64,000 bases of DNA from the NCBI GenBank assembly GCA_963725315.1, contig CAVRYA010000002.1, forward strand, positions 35,028 through 99,027. Reading direction: 5' to 3'. The notes beneath the pieces were generated by a model. That model was not told where the DNA came from and searched no databases. It worked only from the letters and a program-made list of their open reading frames with translations. This DNA is from an uncultured Actinomycetes bacterium (lineage in GTDB: Bacteria; Actinomycetota; Thermoleophilia; Solirubrobacterales; 70-9). The first letter of the stretch is position 1. Each line of letters opens with the position of its first letter. The translations under genes were made by a program, and so were the position numbers. Below are positions 44,891 to 58,762 of this stretch, in pieces.

Positions 44891-45970
44891 TTGGATCCAT
44901 TCGACGAGGAATCCTCAGCTTCATCTACCAGCGAGCAGGCCCTGCCTCGGCGGTCGCCGCGGGAGCGCAGGCCGCGGAGACCGCGGCGACAGCAGGTGAT
45001 GGCGAGACGGGGGATCGCGCTCGGTGCGGCCCTGATCGTCCTCATCCTGCTGGTGCTCGGGATCCGCGGCTGCCTCGACGCCCGCCACGACCGGGAGCTG
45101 ACCGACTACGCCCGCGACGTCTCCCAGATCGTCGACGAGACCGCCAAGACCAGCAAGAGCTTCTTCGGCCGCCTCGAGGATCCCGGCACCGCTTCGGTGA
45201 CCGACTTCGTCACCGAGACGAACGCCGACCGCAGCGCCATGGACGCCTACCTGACCCGGGTGGACAACCTCAGCGCCCCGGGCGACATGAGCAGCGCCCA
45301 GGACGCGCTCGAGCTTGTCTACCAGCTGCGGGCGACCGCCTTCTCGAAGATCGCCGACAAGATGAGCACCGCTCTCGGCGACGCAGGTCGCGAGCGCGCG
45401 GTCGGCAGCATCGCCAACCAGATGGAGACGCTGCTGGCCAGCGACGTCGTCTACTCGCGTGTGGTCGAGCCGGAGATCAACGGTGTCCTCGCCGACCAGG
45501 GAATCGAGGGCTCCGACGTCCCCGGAAGCCTCTTCATCCCCGACGGCGACACCAAGTGGCTGGAGACCAGCACGATCGACGACGCGCTGGGTCAGGTGAG
45601 CGGCGCCTCCGCCGCGGCCACGCCGGGGCTGCACGGCACCGGCCTGCTGGCCACGAGCATCGGCGGCGTCACCCTGACCGAGGGCACCCCGGCCACGGTG
45701 ACGAGCAGCGGGCCGCCGGCCGTCGACGTCCAGGTCCAGAACCAGGGCGACTCCGACGAGAGCGGCGTAACCGTCGGGGTATCGGTCGACGGAGGGGCGG
45801 CGACGACCGAGCAGATCAGCTCGATCGCCCCGGGTGAGACCCAGACCGCGACGGTTCAGCTGCCGTCGACGCCGAAGGGCCAGGTGACCCTCGACGTCGA
45901 GGTCGACGCGGTCCCCGGCGAGCAGGTCACCGACAACAACAAGGCCTCCTACACGGTCACTTTCGGTTAG
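44891..45970 (+). CDS. Membrane-anchored protein with a C-terminal CARDB-like Ig domain
   Basis: The TM segment IALGAALIVLILLVLGI is followed by a helical region. The C-terminus VDVQVQNQGDSDESGVTVGVSVDGGAATTEQISSIAPGETQTATVQL...VDAVPGEQVTDNNKASYTV is the CARDB pattern. The start is either TTG 44891 (GGAG 7 nt upstream) or ATG 44999. Confidence 0.65.
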   Translation: MDPFDEESSASSTSEQALPRRSPRERRPRRPRRQQVMARRGIALGAALIVLILLVLGIRGCLDARHDRELTDYARDVSQIVDETAKTSKSFFGRLEDPGTASVTDFVTETNADRSAMDAYLTRVDNLSAPGDMSSAQDALELVYQLRATAFSKIADKMSTALGDAGRERAVGSIANQMETLLASDVVYSRVVEPEINGVLADQGIEGSDVPGSLFIPDGDTKWLETSTIDDALGQVSGASAAATPGLHGTGLLATSIGGVTLTEGTPATVTSSGPPAVDVQVQNQGDSDESGVTVGVSVDGGAATTEQISSIAPGETQTATVQLPSTPKGQVTLDVEVDAVPGEQVTDNNKASYTVTFG

Positions 45971-45977
45971 ATCGCGG

Positions 45978-46487
45978 GTGGGCGAGCTGACGACAGCGGC
46001 GGGTATCGTCGCCCTCGCCGCCGCCCTCCTCGCCCTCCTCGCCCTGGCGATCTGCATCGTGCTCAGCCGGCGGCTGCGCCGCTTCCGAGAGGCGCAGCAG
46101 GTGCTGCTCGGCGACTCGGGGGAGCGGGACCTGATCGCCCACGGGAGTGAGCTCGACAGCCGCCTCGCCGGGCTGGCGGGGGCGGTCCAGGAGGCGGTCG
46201 CGCTGCTCGAATCCCGTGACGCGGAGCTGGCGGCTGCGCTGCAGGGGGCAGTCAGCCACGTCGCCGTCGTCCGCTACGACGCGATGGGCGAGATGGCCGG
46301 GCGCCAGTCGAGCTCCGTCGCCCTGCTCGACTCCCGTCGCTGCGGCGTGGTCCTCTCCTCGATCCTGCATCGCGACCAGGCCCGCCTCTACGCGAAGGGG
46401 ATCGTCGACGGGGTCCCGGAGATGGACCTCTCACCAGAGGAGCAGGAGGCGGTGAGCTCGGCCCTCGGCCAGGGCGGCGCCGAGTGA
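45978..46487 (+). CDS. DUF4446-family protein
   Basis: Intact 169-aa ORF. The N-terminal TM is followed by VAVVRYDAMGEMAGRQSSSVALLDSRRCGVVLSSILHRDQARLYAKGI, typical of DUF4446. Confidence 0.7.
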   Translation: MGELTTAAGIVALAAALLALLALAICIVLSRRLRRFREAQQVLLGDSGERDLIAHGSELDSRLAGLAGAVQEAVALLESRDAELAAALQGAVSHVAVVRYDAMGEMAGRQSSSVALLDSRRCGVVLSSILHRDQARLYAKGIVDGVPEMDLSPEEQEAVSSALGQGGAE

Positions 46488-47350
46488 CGCCCCCGGGAGT
46501 GAAGCGGATCGCCTACCTGGGGCCCGAGGGCACCTTCACCGAGGTCGCGCTGCGGGCGGCGCTCGGCGAGGGTGAGGAGTTCGAGCGGCTGCGTACCGCC
46601 ACGGTGCACGAAGCGATCCTTGCGGTCCAGGACGGAGCGGCAGATCGGGCCCTGGTCCCATTCGAGAACTCGATCGAAGGATCGGTGCGGCCGACCCTGG
46701 ACGCGCTGGCCCTCGAGGCCAAGGGGGTGACGATCGTCGGCGAGTACGACCACCTCGTCAGCCCCAGCCTGATCGTCCGTGAGCCGCTGGAACCAGGCCA
46801 GGTCGAGGCCGTGCTCTCCCATCCGCAGGCCCTGGCCCAATGCGCCCGGTTCCTGCGCGAACAGCTGCCCCGGGCCGAGGCGAGGGCAGTCGGCAGCACC
46901 GCCGAGGCGGTCCGTCTCGTCGGCGCAACCGATCGGCCCTGGGCGGCGCTGGCCGCGGCCTCCGCCGCCGCCCTCTACGGCTGCGTCGTCCTGCGGGAGG
47001 ACGTCGCCGACGAGGCGGACAACGTCACCCGCTTCGTCTGGCTGGCCCCGGAGGGCAGCGAGACGTCCGGCGAGGGGCCGTGGAAGACCAGCCTCGTCTT
47101 CTCCGAGCTCGGGGAGGACCACCCGGGAGCGCTGGTCGACGCGCTGGTCGAGTTCTCGGGGCGGGAGATCAACCTGACCCGGATCGAGTCGAGACCGCTC
47201 CGCCAGGGGGGACTCGGTCGCTACATGTTCTTCTGTGACCTGGAGGGCGCGATCTCCGACCCGGCGGTCGCCGAAGCGGTCGAGGGGCTGCGGGCGAAGG
47301 CCGAGTCGGTGCGAGTGCTCGGCTCCTATCCCGTGCGGGCCACCCTCTAG
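46484..47350 (+). CDS. pheA: Prephenate dehydratase
   Basis: Intact 288-aa ORF with a GTGA overlap. The PDT domain (IAYLGPEGTFTEVA...VPFENSIEGSV) and the ACT domain (TSLVFSELGEDHPGALVDALVEFSGREINLTRIESRP...YMFFCDLEG) are present, including the ESRP motif. Confidence 0.9.
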   Translation: MTPPGVKRIAYLGPEGTFTEVALRAALGEGEEFERLRTATVHEAILAVQDGAADRALVPFENSIEGSVRPTLDALALEAKGVTIVGEYDHLVSPSLIVREPLEPGQVEAVLSHPQALAQCARFLREQLPRAEARAVGSTAEAVRLVGATDRPWAALAAASAAALYGCVVLREDVADEADNVTRFVWLAPEGSETSGEGPWKTSLVFSELGEDHPGALVDALVEFSGREINLTRIESRPLRQGGLGRYMFFCDLEGAISDPAVAEAVEGLRAKAESVRVLGSYPVRATL

Positions 47351-47363
47351 AATCGCCCGCGAG

Positions 47364-47963
47364 ATGGCTAAGAGTCGCGCCTCCTCCGCAGGAGCGAGGG
47401 CCGCGAAGTCGGGCCCCTCCACAGCAGACGCGACGGCAGGGGCAGGGCTGCGGTCCAGTGCCCGGGTGCTCGTCCTCAACGCGACGTATGAGCCGATCAA
47501 CGTCTGTACGGTGCGCCGGGCGGCGGTCCTGGTGCTGAAGGAGAAGGCCGAGGTGCTCGAGCGCGGGAAGCACGCCCTGCGCTCCGAGCGGCTGATCATG
47601 GAGCGCCCGATCGTGATCCGCCTGGTCAGCTTCGTCCGCATACCCCGCGACGCCCATCGCCGCAAGATCACCCGCAAGGCCGTGCTGGCCCGCGACTCCT
47701 GGACCTGTCAGTACTGCGGGTCGCGGAAGCCCGGGCTGACCGTCGATCACGTCATCCCCCGGAGCCGCGGAGGCAAGTCGGTCTGGGAGAACATCGTCGC
47801 CTCCTGCGCATCGTGCAACCGCCGCAAGGGGAACCGCCTGCCGCGGGAGATCCAGATGCATCCGGCCAGCCGGCCCTCGGCGCCCGGGCCGACGGTGTTC
47901 ATCCGCATCGCCAGCCCCACGATCCCCAGGGCATGGCGACAGTACCTGCCGGCCATGGCATGA
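47364..47963 (+). CDS. HNH endonuclease-family protein
   Basis: From ATG 47364 the sequence includes VLVLNATYEPINVCTVRRAAVLV...CQYCGSRKPGLTVDHVIPRSRGGKSVWENIVASCASCNRRKGN, with the HNH/zinc-finger motif C-x2-C...H...N...C-x2-C. Confidence 0.85.
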   Translation: MAKSRASSAGARAAKSGPSTADATAGAGLRSSARVLVLNATYEPINVCTVRRAAVLVLKEKAEVLERGKHALRSERLIMERPIVIRLVSFVRIPRDAHRRKITRKAVLARDSWTCQYCGSRKPGLTVDHVIPRSRGGKSVWENIVASCASCNRRKGNRLPREIQMHPASRPSAPGPTVFIRIASPTIPRAWRQYLPAMA

Positions 47964-48529
47964 GAGTCGGCAGGCGGTCCCTCGTCGCCGTGCTGGCCGG
48001 TCTGGCCTGCCTCGCCGCCCCGGCATCCGCCGAGGTGTTCAGCTACCCGAACCCCGCGAATCCCACCATCCGGGTGCCGACAACGATCGGGGGAATCCAC
48101 ATCGGGGAGCAGCTCGGCTCGGCGCGAAGAGCCTGGGGAATCGGCCGCGGGCGCTGCCGGGTCAACGTCTCCGGCAACACCGTCTGCACGTACGGCAATG
48201 ACCGCGAGGAGGGTCGCGGGGTCGCCTACTTCGCGGCCGAGGGCTCGAGCCCCTCGAGCCGGGTCTACCTGGTGACGATCGCGGTGGGATTGAGGCTCGG
48301 GGTCGTGCCCGTCTACAAGGGTCCCCTGATGCGGATCAGGACCAAGCACGGCATCGGGCTTGGCTCGCGAGCCCGGCGCCTGCGACGCGCCTACCGGCGG
48401 CTGAGGAGGAACTCGACCGGCTTCTCCCTGCGGCACGGGAAGGTCGAGATGCAGTTCGACACCTTCAACAGCACCGACGGCCACACGGTGACCACGATCG
48501 AAGCCTCCCGCCTGGGCAACTTCGGATAA
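47960..48529 (+). CDS. Hypothetical secreted protein
   Basis: ATG 47960 is in an ATGA overlap with the HNH stop. The signal-peptide-like N-terminus MRVGRRSLVAVLAGLACLAAPASAEV is followed by a domain I do not recognise. Confidence 0.55.
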   Translation: MRVGRRSLVAVLAGLACLAAPASAEVFSYPNPANPTIRVPTTIGGIHIGEQLGSARRAWGIGRGRCRVNVSGNTVCTYGNDREEGRGVAYFAAEGSSPSSRVYLVTIAVGLRLGVVPVYKGPLMRIRTKHGIGLGSRARRLRRAYRRLRRNSTGFSLRHGKVEMQFDTFNSTDGHTVTTIEASRLGNFG

Positions 48530-48531
48530 GC

Positions 48532-48559
48532 GCGAGGGCCGCCCGAAGGCGGCCCTCGC
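48532..48559. terminator. Perfect 12-bp GC hairpin between convergent transcription units
   Basis: GCGAGGGCCGCC-cgaa-GGCGGCCCTCGC begins 2 nt after the 48529 stop. It has a GNRA-like tetraloop and no T tract. Confidence 0.5.
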
Positions 48560-48760
48560 AGGTGCGTCGGGAAGCGAGACGGAAGGGTTCAACAACCGGT
48601 AGGGACAAGGTCCGGTCCCCGACTCGCCGGTGCCCGGGTGAAATTCCGCCGGGCGGCACGCACGGCCTCCTAGCGGCCCTGCACCTCCAGAGTCCCCGCA
48701 AGCATGTCAATCAAGTTAGGACCACCTCCTTTCTCTGGTGATCCGATTCAAGCACACTCC

Positions 48761-53828
<5,068 letters not shown>

Positions 53829-53998
53829 TCAAGTTGACATAAAGGATACCAGCCACGGTCCCCGGAAATCCCGCTCCCTGCAGCGAAAAACCCTGCAAAT
53901 CACGCGAAAACGTAACCTCTTGCTCCAGACCTTCCGCAGGCGGCTCGAAGGCCTCCGAAACGGTCCACGAGAAAGCCCGCCTGCGGAGACGATTCGAT

Positions 53999-54310
53999 TT
54001 ACTTGCTGGTCGGCCAGCCAGGGGTCGTTTCGAACTTCAGTGACCGTGGCGCCGCCTCGCCCAGCCGTTCGCGCAGCCTCTCCAGCAGCTGCGGGCCCAT
54101 CATCTCCAGCTCCTGGGCCCAGACAGCGCTCTCGCAGCGGACGACGAGCGTGCCGCCACGCTCGGAGACCGGCTCGGCCGCTGCCGCAACGGCCGGACCC
54201 ACGACCTCGGCCCAGAGCGCCTGGGTCGCGGCGAGGCCGGTCTGTGGCGCGGCGCGATCGCGGGCCAGGCGGATCGCCTTGGCGACCGAGCGCGGGGCGA
54301 GCCTGCCCAT
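53999..54310 (-). CDS. dciA: DUF721 protein (DciA-type replicative-helicase loader/operator)
   Basis: Intact 103-aa ORF in an ATGA overlap with recF. LWAEVVGPAVAAAAEPVSERGGTLVVRCESAVWAQELEMMGPQLLERL is the DUF721 pattern. It occupies the position between recF and gyrB where the actinobacterial DciA gene sits. Confidence 0.8.
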   Translation of the reverse strand: MGRLAPRSVAKAIRLARDRAAPQTGLAATQALWAEVVGPAVAAAAEPVSERGGTLVVRCESAVWAQELEMMGPQLLERLRERLGEAAPRSLKFETTPGWPTSK

Positions 54311-55407
54311 CAGGCGGCCACGACCTGCGGGCGTCGGCGAGCCGTCGGCATCCAGATCGCCGTCGCGGCGAGCCGGGAGGGGACGGAGCTCTCCTCGGTG
54401 GCGGTGATCAGCGCCTGACCGCCGTTCTCGAGCCGAGCGGAGAGCCGTTCTCGGCGTGCATGGTCGAGCTCGCTCATCACATCGTCGAGGAGCATCAGCG
54501 GTGGCGCGCCGCGGGAGCGAAGCAGAGACTCCCGCTCTGCGAAAAGCAGGGCCAGCAATGCCAGGCGCTGCTGGCCCTGCGAGCCGTAGCGGCGCAGCGA
54601 GCGGCCGTCGAGGCTGATCCGCACCTCATCCAGGTGGGGTCCCCACGAGGCACGGCCGAGCCGGAGGTCGGCCTCGCGCCGCTCCTCCAGGCCCGCGCGC
54701 AGCTGCTTGGTGTCGCCCTCGGCGCGAGGCGCATAGGCGATCGTGGCTGGAGAGTCGAAGCCAAGCTCAGCTCCCGCCTCGCTGAAATGCGGCGCCAGCT
54801 CGGCGACTGCCTCCGCGCGCGCCGCGATCAGCGGCATCGCGGCCTCGGCCAGGGCAGCGTCCCAGGGCTCCAGGTCGGCCTCGGCTGCGCTGCCGGCAGC
54901 CACTCGGTGAAGCAGCGCGTTGCGTTGGGCCAGGGCCTGCCCGTAGCGCTGACGCAACCCGGCCCGCGAGGGCCAGCGGGTGGCGGCGAAGAGGTCGAGG
55001 TGTGCGCGGCGCTCTGCCGGAGGGCCCTTGACCAGGGCCAGCCGGTCGGGGGAGAAGACCGCGACGGGCGGACGGTTGCGGGCGGCGGTGGCGGGGTCCA
55101 CGGCGCTGCCGTCGAGCAGGTGGCGGCGGCCCTCGGCCCGGCTGACCGAAGCGAGGAAGCGCCGCTCCGTGCCGTCGTCGTCGCGCACCAGGGCCTCGGC
55201 GCGGGCGATCGACTCGGAGAAGGGGATCAGCTCACGGCGATCCGAGGTTCGAAACGAGCGCCCGGTGAGCGCGAAGTAGAGCGCCTCGAGAAGGTTCGTC
55301 TTGCCTGAGCCGTTCTCGCCGAGCACGGCGGTGACGCCATCGGGGAGGGTCACCTCGACTCCGTCGAGGGTCCTCAGCGGGCGGGCGATCACGGCGGCGA
55401 GGACCAT
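54310..55407 (-). CDS. recF: DNA replication and repair protein RecF
   Basis: Intact 365-aa ORF with Walker A GENGSGKTNLLEAL, signature SQGQQRLALLAL and Walker B LLDDVMSELD. Confidence 0.93.
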   Translation of the reverse strand: MVLAAVIARPLRTLDGVEVTLPDGVTAVLGENGSGKTNLLEALYFALTGRSFRTSDRRELIPFSESIARAEALVRDDDGTERRFLASVSRAEGRRHLLDGSAVDPATAARNRPPVAVFSPDRLALVKGPPAERRAHLDLFAATRWPSRAGLRQRYGQALAQRNALLHRVAAGSAAEADLEPWDAALAEAAMPLIAARAEAVAELAPHFSEAGAELGFDSPATIAYAPRAEGDTKQLRAGLEERREADLRLGRASWGPHLDEVRISLDGRSLRRYGSQGQQRLALLALLFAERESLLRSRGAPPLMLLDDVMSELDHARRERLSARLENGGQALITATEESSVPSRLAATAIWMPTARRRPQVVAA

Positions 55408-55413
55408 GGCAGC

Positions 55414-56520
55414 TCAGACGTTGAGCCGAATCGGCATCACCAGGTAGCGGAAGTCGTCGTTGTCGACCGGCTGCAGCAGCCCCGGACGAAGCGGGGAGAT
55501 CAGCCGCAGCAGGACCTCATCGCCCTCGACGCTGTCGATGCCGTCCTTGAGGAACTCCGGGTTGAAGCCGATCTCCAACGGCTCGCCCTCGAAGGCCGCG
55601 GGCATCGACTCGCTGGCGTCCCCGACCTCCGGCGTCTCGGCCGCGATCGTCAGCTCGCCGGGGGAGAGCGACAGCTTCAGCGGAGCGTTGCGTTGCGCGA
55701 GCTGGCTGATCCGCTTGGTCACGTCGAGGAAATCGGCTCGCGGCAGCCGCACGTCATGCTCGTAGGACTCCGGGAGGAGCTGCTTGTAGTTGGGGAACTG
55801 ACCCTCGATGAGGCGCGTGTTGAGGGTGACGCCGCCGGCCCGGAAGACTGCCTGGTTCTGGAGCAGCGAGACCTCGGCGCTCTCCTCGGAGCCGGCCGAA
55901 AGGATCCGCCCCAACTCCCGCAGCGCCCGGGCCGGGATATTCGCCTCCAGGTCACCGCCGATCCCGCCCTCGACCTCGGTGCGGCGAAAGCTGAGCCGGT
56001 AGGAATCGGTCGCCACCATCGTCATCTCGCTGCCCGACGCGGTGACGAAGACGCCCGTCAGCACCGGGCGCATGTCGTCACGAGATGCTGCCCGCGCCAC
56101 CACCTCGACGGTCTCGGTGAGGACCGTTGCCGGGATCCGCAGCGGCTCGCCCTCCGCATTGGGAAAGCGGGGGAAGTCCTCCGCCGGAAGCGTCCGAAGA
56201 TGGAAACGCGACCCGGCGGCGGTGATCTCCACGTCGCGCTCCGCGCTCCGCGGCTCGATCTCGACCGTATCCCCGGCGAGCGAGCGAGCGACCTCGGAGA
56301 GGAGACGACCCGGCAGCAGGAACTCGCCTTCGCCCTCCACCTCGGCCTCGAGTGCCGTTTCGATTCCCATCTCCATGTCGGTGGCTCGCAAGCGGACCTC
56401 CCCGGCGGAAGCGCTGACGTGAACTCCGCTCAGCGCCTGGGTCGCAGCGCGGTTGGAGGCGACCCTCGAGACGGCCGAGAGCTTGTCGACGAGTTCCTGG
56501 CGTTTCGTTGAGAGCTTCAA
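55414..56520 (-). CDS. dnaN: DNA polymerase III beta sliding clamp
   Basis: Intact 368-aa ORF with a TTG start. The three-domain clamp pattern is present (RATDMEMGIE..., MVATDSYRLS..., NPEFLKDGI...) and the gene lies directly downstream of dnaA. Confidence 0.93.
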   Translation of the reverse strand: MKLSTKRQELVDKLSAVSRVASNRAATQALSGVHVSASAGEVRLRATDMEMGIETALEAEVEGEGEFLLPGRLLSEVARSLAGDTVEIEPRSAERDVEITAAGSRFHLRTLPAEDFPRFPNAEGEPLRIPATVLTETVEVVARAASRDDMRPVLTGVFVTASGSEMTMVATDSYRLSFRRTEVEGGIGGDLEANIPARALRELGRILSAGSEESAEVSLLQNQAVFRAGGVTLNTRLIEGQFPNYKQLLPESYEHDVRLPRADFLDVTKRISQLAQRNAPLKLSLSPGELTIAAETPEVGDASESMPAAFEGEPLEIGFNPEFLKDGIDSVEGDEVLLRLISPLRPGLLQPVDNDDFRYLVMPIRLNV

Positions 56521-56700
56521 ATCACCGATGCCTTATTGAGTTGGGTTAGGGCCTGTGGATACTGCTCCTGCGGCCCGGAATACCGCGCTACAGAGCCGCT
56601 TCGCGGCTGTGGATGCGCTGTGGGCCGCAACGGCGGATTCTTGCACTCCCGACGGCTGTCAATCCTCAGCCATCCCGGTTGTGGATGGCTGTGCGCAGGG
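56521..56700. promoter_or_regulatory. oriC: Candidate oriC core: dnaA-dnaN spacer with three co-oriented DnaA-box-like nonamers and a relatively AT-rich patch
   Basis: TGTGGATAC at 56554-56562, TGTGGATGC at 56608-56616 and TGTGGATGG at 56680-56688 (the last inside the dnaA 3' end) all carry the TGTGGAT core, complement ATCCACA. The AT-richer CCTTATTGAGTTGGGTTAGG lies at 56531-56550. Confidence 0.6.
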
Positions 56701-58027
56701 TCTCGAGCCTGCGGCGCAGGTCGGGATCCTCGGCCGCCGCCGCCTCGACCCGGCGGATCGAGTTGAGCACGGTGGTGTGGTCGCGGCCTCCGTAGAGCCG
56801 CCCGATCTGCGGCAGGGAGAGCTCCGTCGCTTCGCGGGTGAGGTAGATGGCGACCTGTCGGGCACGCAACGGCGTTGCAGCGCGGGCAGTCCCGACCAGC
56901 TCGGCTCGGGAGACGCCGAAGGATTCGGCGACCCGGGACTGGATCTCCTCCGGCGCCGGGTGGAGGCGGGGAGGCGAGGAGCTGGGGATCACCTCGGCGA
57001 CGAGCTCGCGGCTGAGCGGGCGGGCCATCAGCGAGGCGTGGGCGATCGCCCTGGTCAGGGCGCCGTGGAGCTGGCGGACGTTGGAGTCGATCCGCTCCGC
57101 AAGCTCGGCAAGGGCGTCGCGGTCGGAGATCTCGACTCCCGATTCACGTACCAGGCGACGGAGGACGGCGAGGCGCATGGCGAGGTTCGGCGCTCCGACC
57201 TCAACGGTCAGGCCCCACTCGAAGCGGTCACGCAGGCGCCGGGCGAGCTCGGAGAGGTCGGCGGGGATGCGGTCGGCGGAGAGGACCAGTTGGCTGCCGG
57301 ACTCATAGAGCGCGTTGAAGGTGTGGAAGAACTCCTCCTCCGTGTGGCGCTTGCCCTCGAGGAACTGGACGTCGTCGACGAGGAGGACGTCGAGGTCGCG
57401 GTAGCGGCGCTTGAACGCCTCGCTCCCGGCGCTCTGAAGCGACGCGACGAACTCGTTCATGAAGCTCTCGGCGGTCGTGTAGCGGACGTTCAACTCCGGC
57501 GCGTGGTCGGTCAGGTAGTTGGCTATCGCGGTGAGCAGGTGTGTCTTCCCCAGTCCGGGCGGTCCGTGCAGGAAGAGGGGGTTGTAGGCCTCACTGGGTG
57601 CTTCTGCGACGGCCAGCGCAGCGGCGTGGGCAAGGCGGTTGCCGTCGCCGATCACGAAGCGCTCGAATACGTACTGTGGGTTGGGAGTTTGGTCGCGGCT
57701 ACCCGCAGCCTGGTCGCCGCCGGCCTCAGGCGGGGAAGAGGAGAAGCTGATCGAGGTCAGGTCGGCCTGAGTCTCGGCCAGGGCAGCGGTGATCAGGCTT
57801 CCGTAGCGCCGCTCGGCCCAGGTCAGGATTCCGTCGGGCGCCGTGAGCTGCAGGGTCTGCCCGCGAACCCCAAACGGCCGAAGCGGCTCCAGCCAGATGC
57901 GAAATGTGGACTCGGGCACGGAGGCGCGCAGCCGGGTTCGGACCTCTGACCAGAGAGCCTCCAGATCCGCCTCGAACCCCGTCGCCGACCGGCTGCCGGG
58001 ACTCGGTGGATCCGGGACTTCCTGCAC
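56666..58027 (-). CDS. dnaA: Chromosomal replication initiator DnaA
   Basis: Domain I is LWSEVRTRLRASVPESTFRIWLEPLRP. The AAA+ domain is NPLFLHGPPGLGKTHLL...LLVDDVQFL. The domain IV DnaA signature is RAATPLRARQVAIYLTREATELSLPQIGRLYGGRDHTTVLNSI. I place the start at GTG 58027. The 582-aa ORF-track version extends across the rpmH promoter region and into rpmH antisense. Confidence 0.9.
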   Translation of the reverse strand: MQEVPDPPSPGSRSATGFEADLEALWSEVRTRLRASVPESTFRIWLEPLRPFGVRGQTLQLTAPDGILTWAERRYGSLITAALAETQADLTSISFSSSPPEAGGDQAAGSRDQTPNPQYVFERFVIGDGNRLAHAAALAVAEAPSEAYNPLFLHGPPGLGKTHLLTAIANYLTDHAPELNVRYTTAESFMNEFVASLQSAGSEAFKRRYRDLDVLLVDDVQFLEGKRHTEEEFFHTFNALYESGSQLVLSADRIPADLSELARRLRDRFEWGLTVEVGAPNLAMRLAVLRRLVRESGVEISDRDALAELAERIDSNVRQLHGALTRAIAHASLMARPLSRELVAEVIPSSSPPRLHPAPEEIQSRVAESFGVSRAELVGTARAATPLRARQVAIYLTREATELSLPQIGRLYGGRDHTTVLNSIRRVEAAAAEDPDLRRRLETLRTAIHNRDG

Positions 58028-58231
58028 GCGCGATGCCCTTCCGTCGAGTTGGCTCGTTCGCTCGCTGATGGGCGCGTAAGGCGCTGCATCACCGAGGCGC
58101 GCCGACCATAGCGCCGGGGTGTCGGTGCCCGATCCGGGCTTCCGCAAATGCCGAAGAAAAGATTGAAAGGGCGCCTCGAGGTTGACGCGACGCCGCCTCG
58201 ACGCGTCCGTATACTGCCGCGACACCGACCG

Positions 58232-58366
58232 ATGAAGCGCACCTACCAGCCCAAGAAGCGCAAGCGAGCCCGGACCCACGGGTTCCGCGCCCGCATGCGT
58301 ACCCGCGGCGGTCGGGCGATCATCAAGCGCCGCCGCCGCAAGGGCCGCAAGCGCCTCGCCGCGTAA
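58232..58366 (+). CDS. rpmH: 50S ribosomal protein L34
   Basis: [44 protein letters not shown] is canonical L34. The track ORF starts 84 nt upstream at an alternative codon. Confidence 0.95.
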   Translation: MKRTYQPKKRKRARTHGFRARMRTRGGRAIIKRRRRKGRKRLAA

Positions 58367-58368
58367 CG

Positions 58369-58758
58369 ATGGCAGAGGGTGACGCCGGGGCGCGGAAGCG
58401 TCGGCGCCTGTCACGGAGCGGGGACTTCGACCGCGTCTACCGGGAGGGGAGCTCTCATGCGACGCGCTACCTGGTGCTCTACAGCTTCCCCCGCGGCGAG
58501 GGCGGGGACGGCGAGCCCCGGCTCGGCGTCTCGGTCAGCCGCAAGGTCGGCGGAGCGGTCGAGCGCAACCGGGTCAAACGCGCCCTGCGTGAGGCGTTCT
58601 GGGGCCTGGCGGAGGAGCTGCCGGCCGAACACGACTTCGTCCTCGTCGCCCGCCCAGAGATCGGCGCGCGGGTCGAGGACGGCGGGCCCGGAGCGGTGCG
58701 GGAGTGCATCCAGGAGGCGCTGAGCGGGGTGTCCCCCGCCGGGGAGCGTTCGACGTGA
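58369..58758 (+). CDS. rnpA: Ribonuclease P protein component
   Basis: Intact 129-aa ORF directly after rpmH. RLSRSGDFDRVYREG...LGVSVSRKVGGAVERNRVKRALREAF contains the RNR motif. Confidence 0.9.
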   Translation: MAEGDAGARKRRRLSRSGDFDRVYREGSSHATRYLVLYSFPRGEGGDGEPRLGVSVSRKVGGAVERNRVKRALREAFWGLAEELPAEHDFVLVARPEIGARVEDGGPGAVRECIQEALSGVSPAGERST

Positions 58759-58762
58759 AACA
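58747..58762. promoter_or_regulatory. parS-like 16-mer (13/16 match to TGTTTCACGTGAAACA) at the rnpA/yidD junction
   Basis: CGTTCGACGTGAAACA has a perfect right half-site CGTGAAACA and a degenerate left half. It is the only such match I found by eye in the window. Confidence 0.3.

Noticed and set aside
48630-48655. A GGGTGAAATTCCG motif reminiscent of the cobalamin-riboswitch core GGTGAAAATCCG
   Set aside because: No B12 box is present. There is no flanking GGGAA...GCCACTG context on either strand. No downstream gene exists in either orientation that it could control.
58182-58215. TTGACG and TATACT hexamers upstream of rpmH as a sigma-70-type promoter
   Set aside because: The two hexamers are 22 nt apart, too far for a standard -35/-10 pair. 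TATACT alone (58210-58215) may still be a -10 element, but I cannot support a full promoter call.
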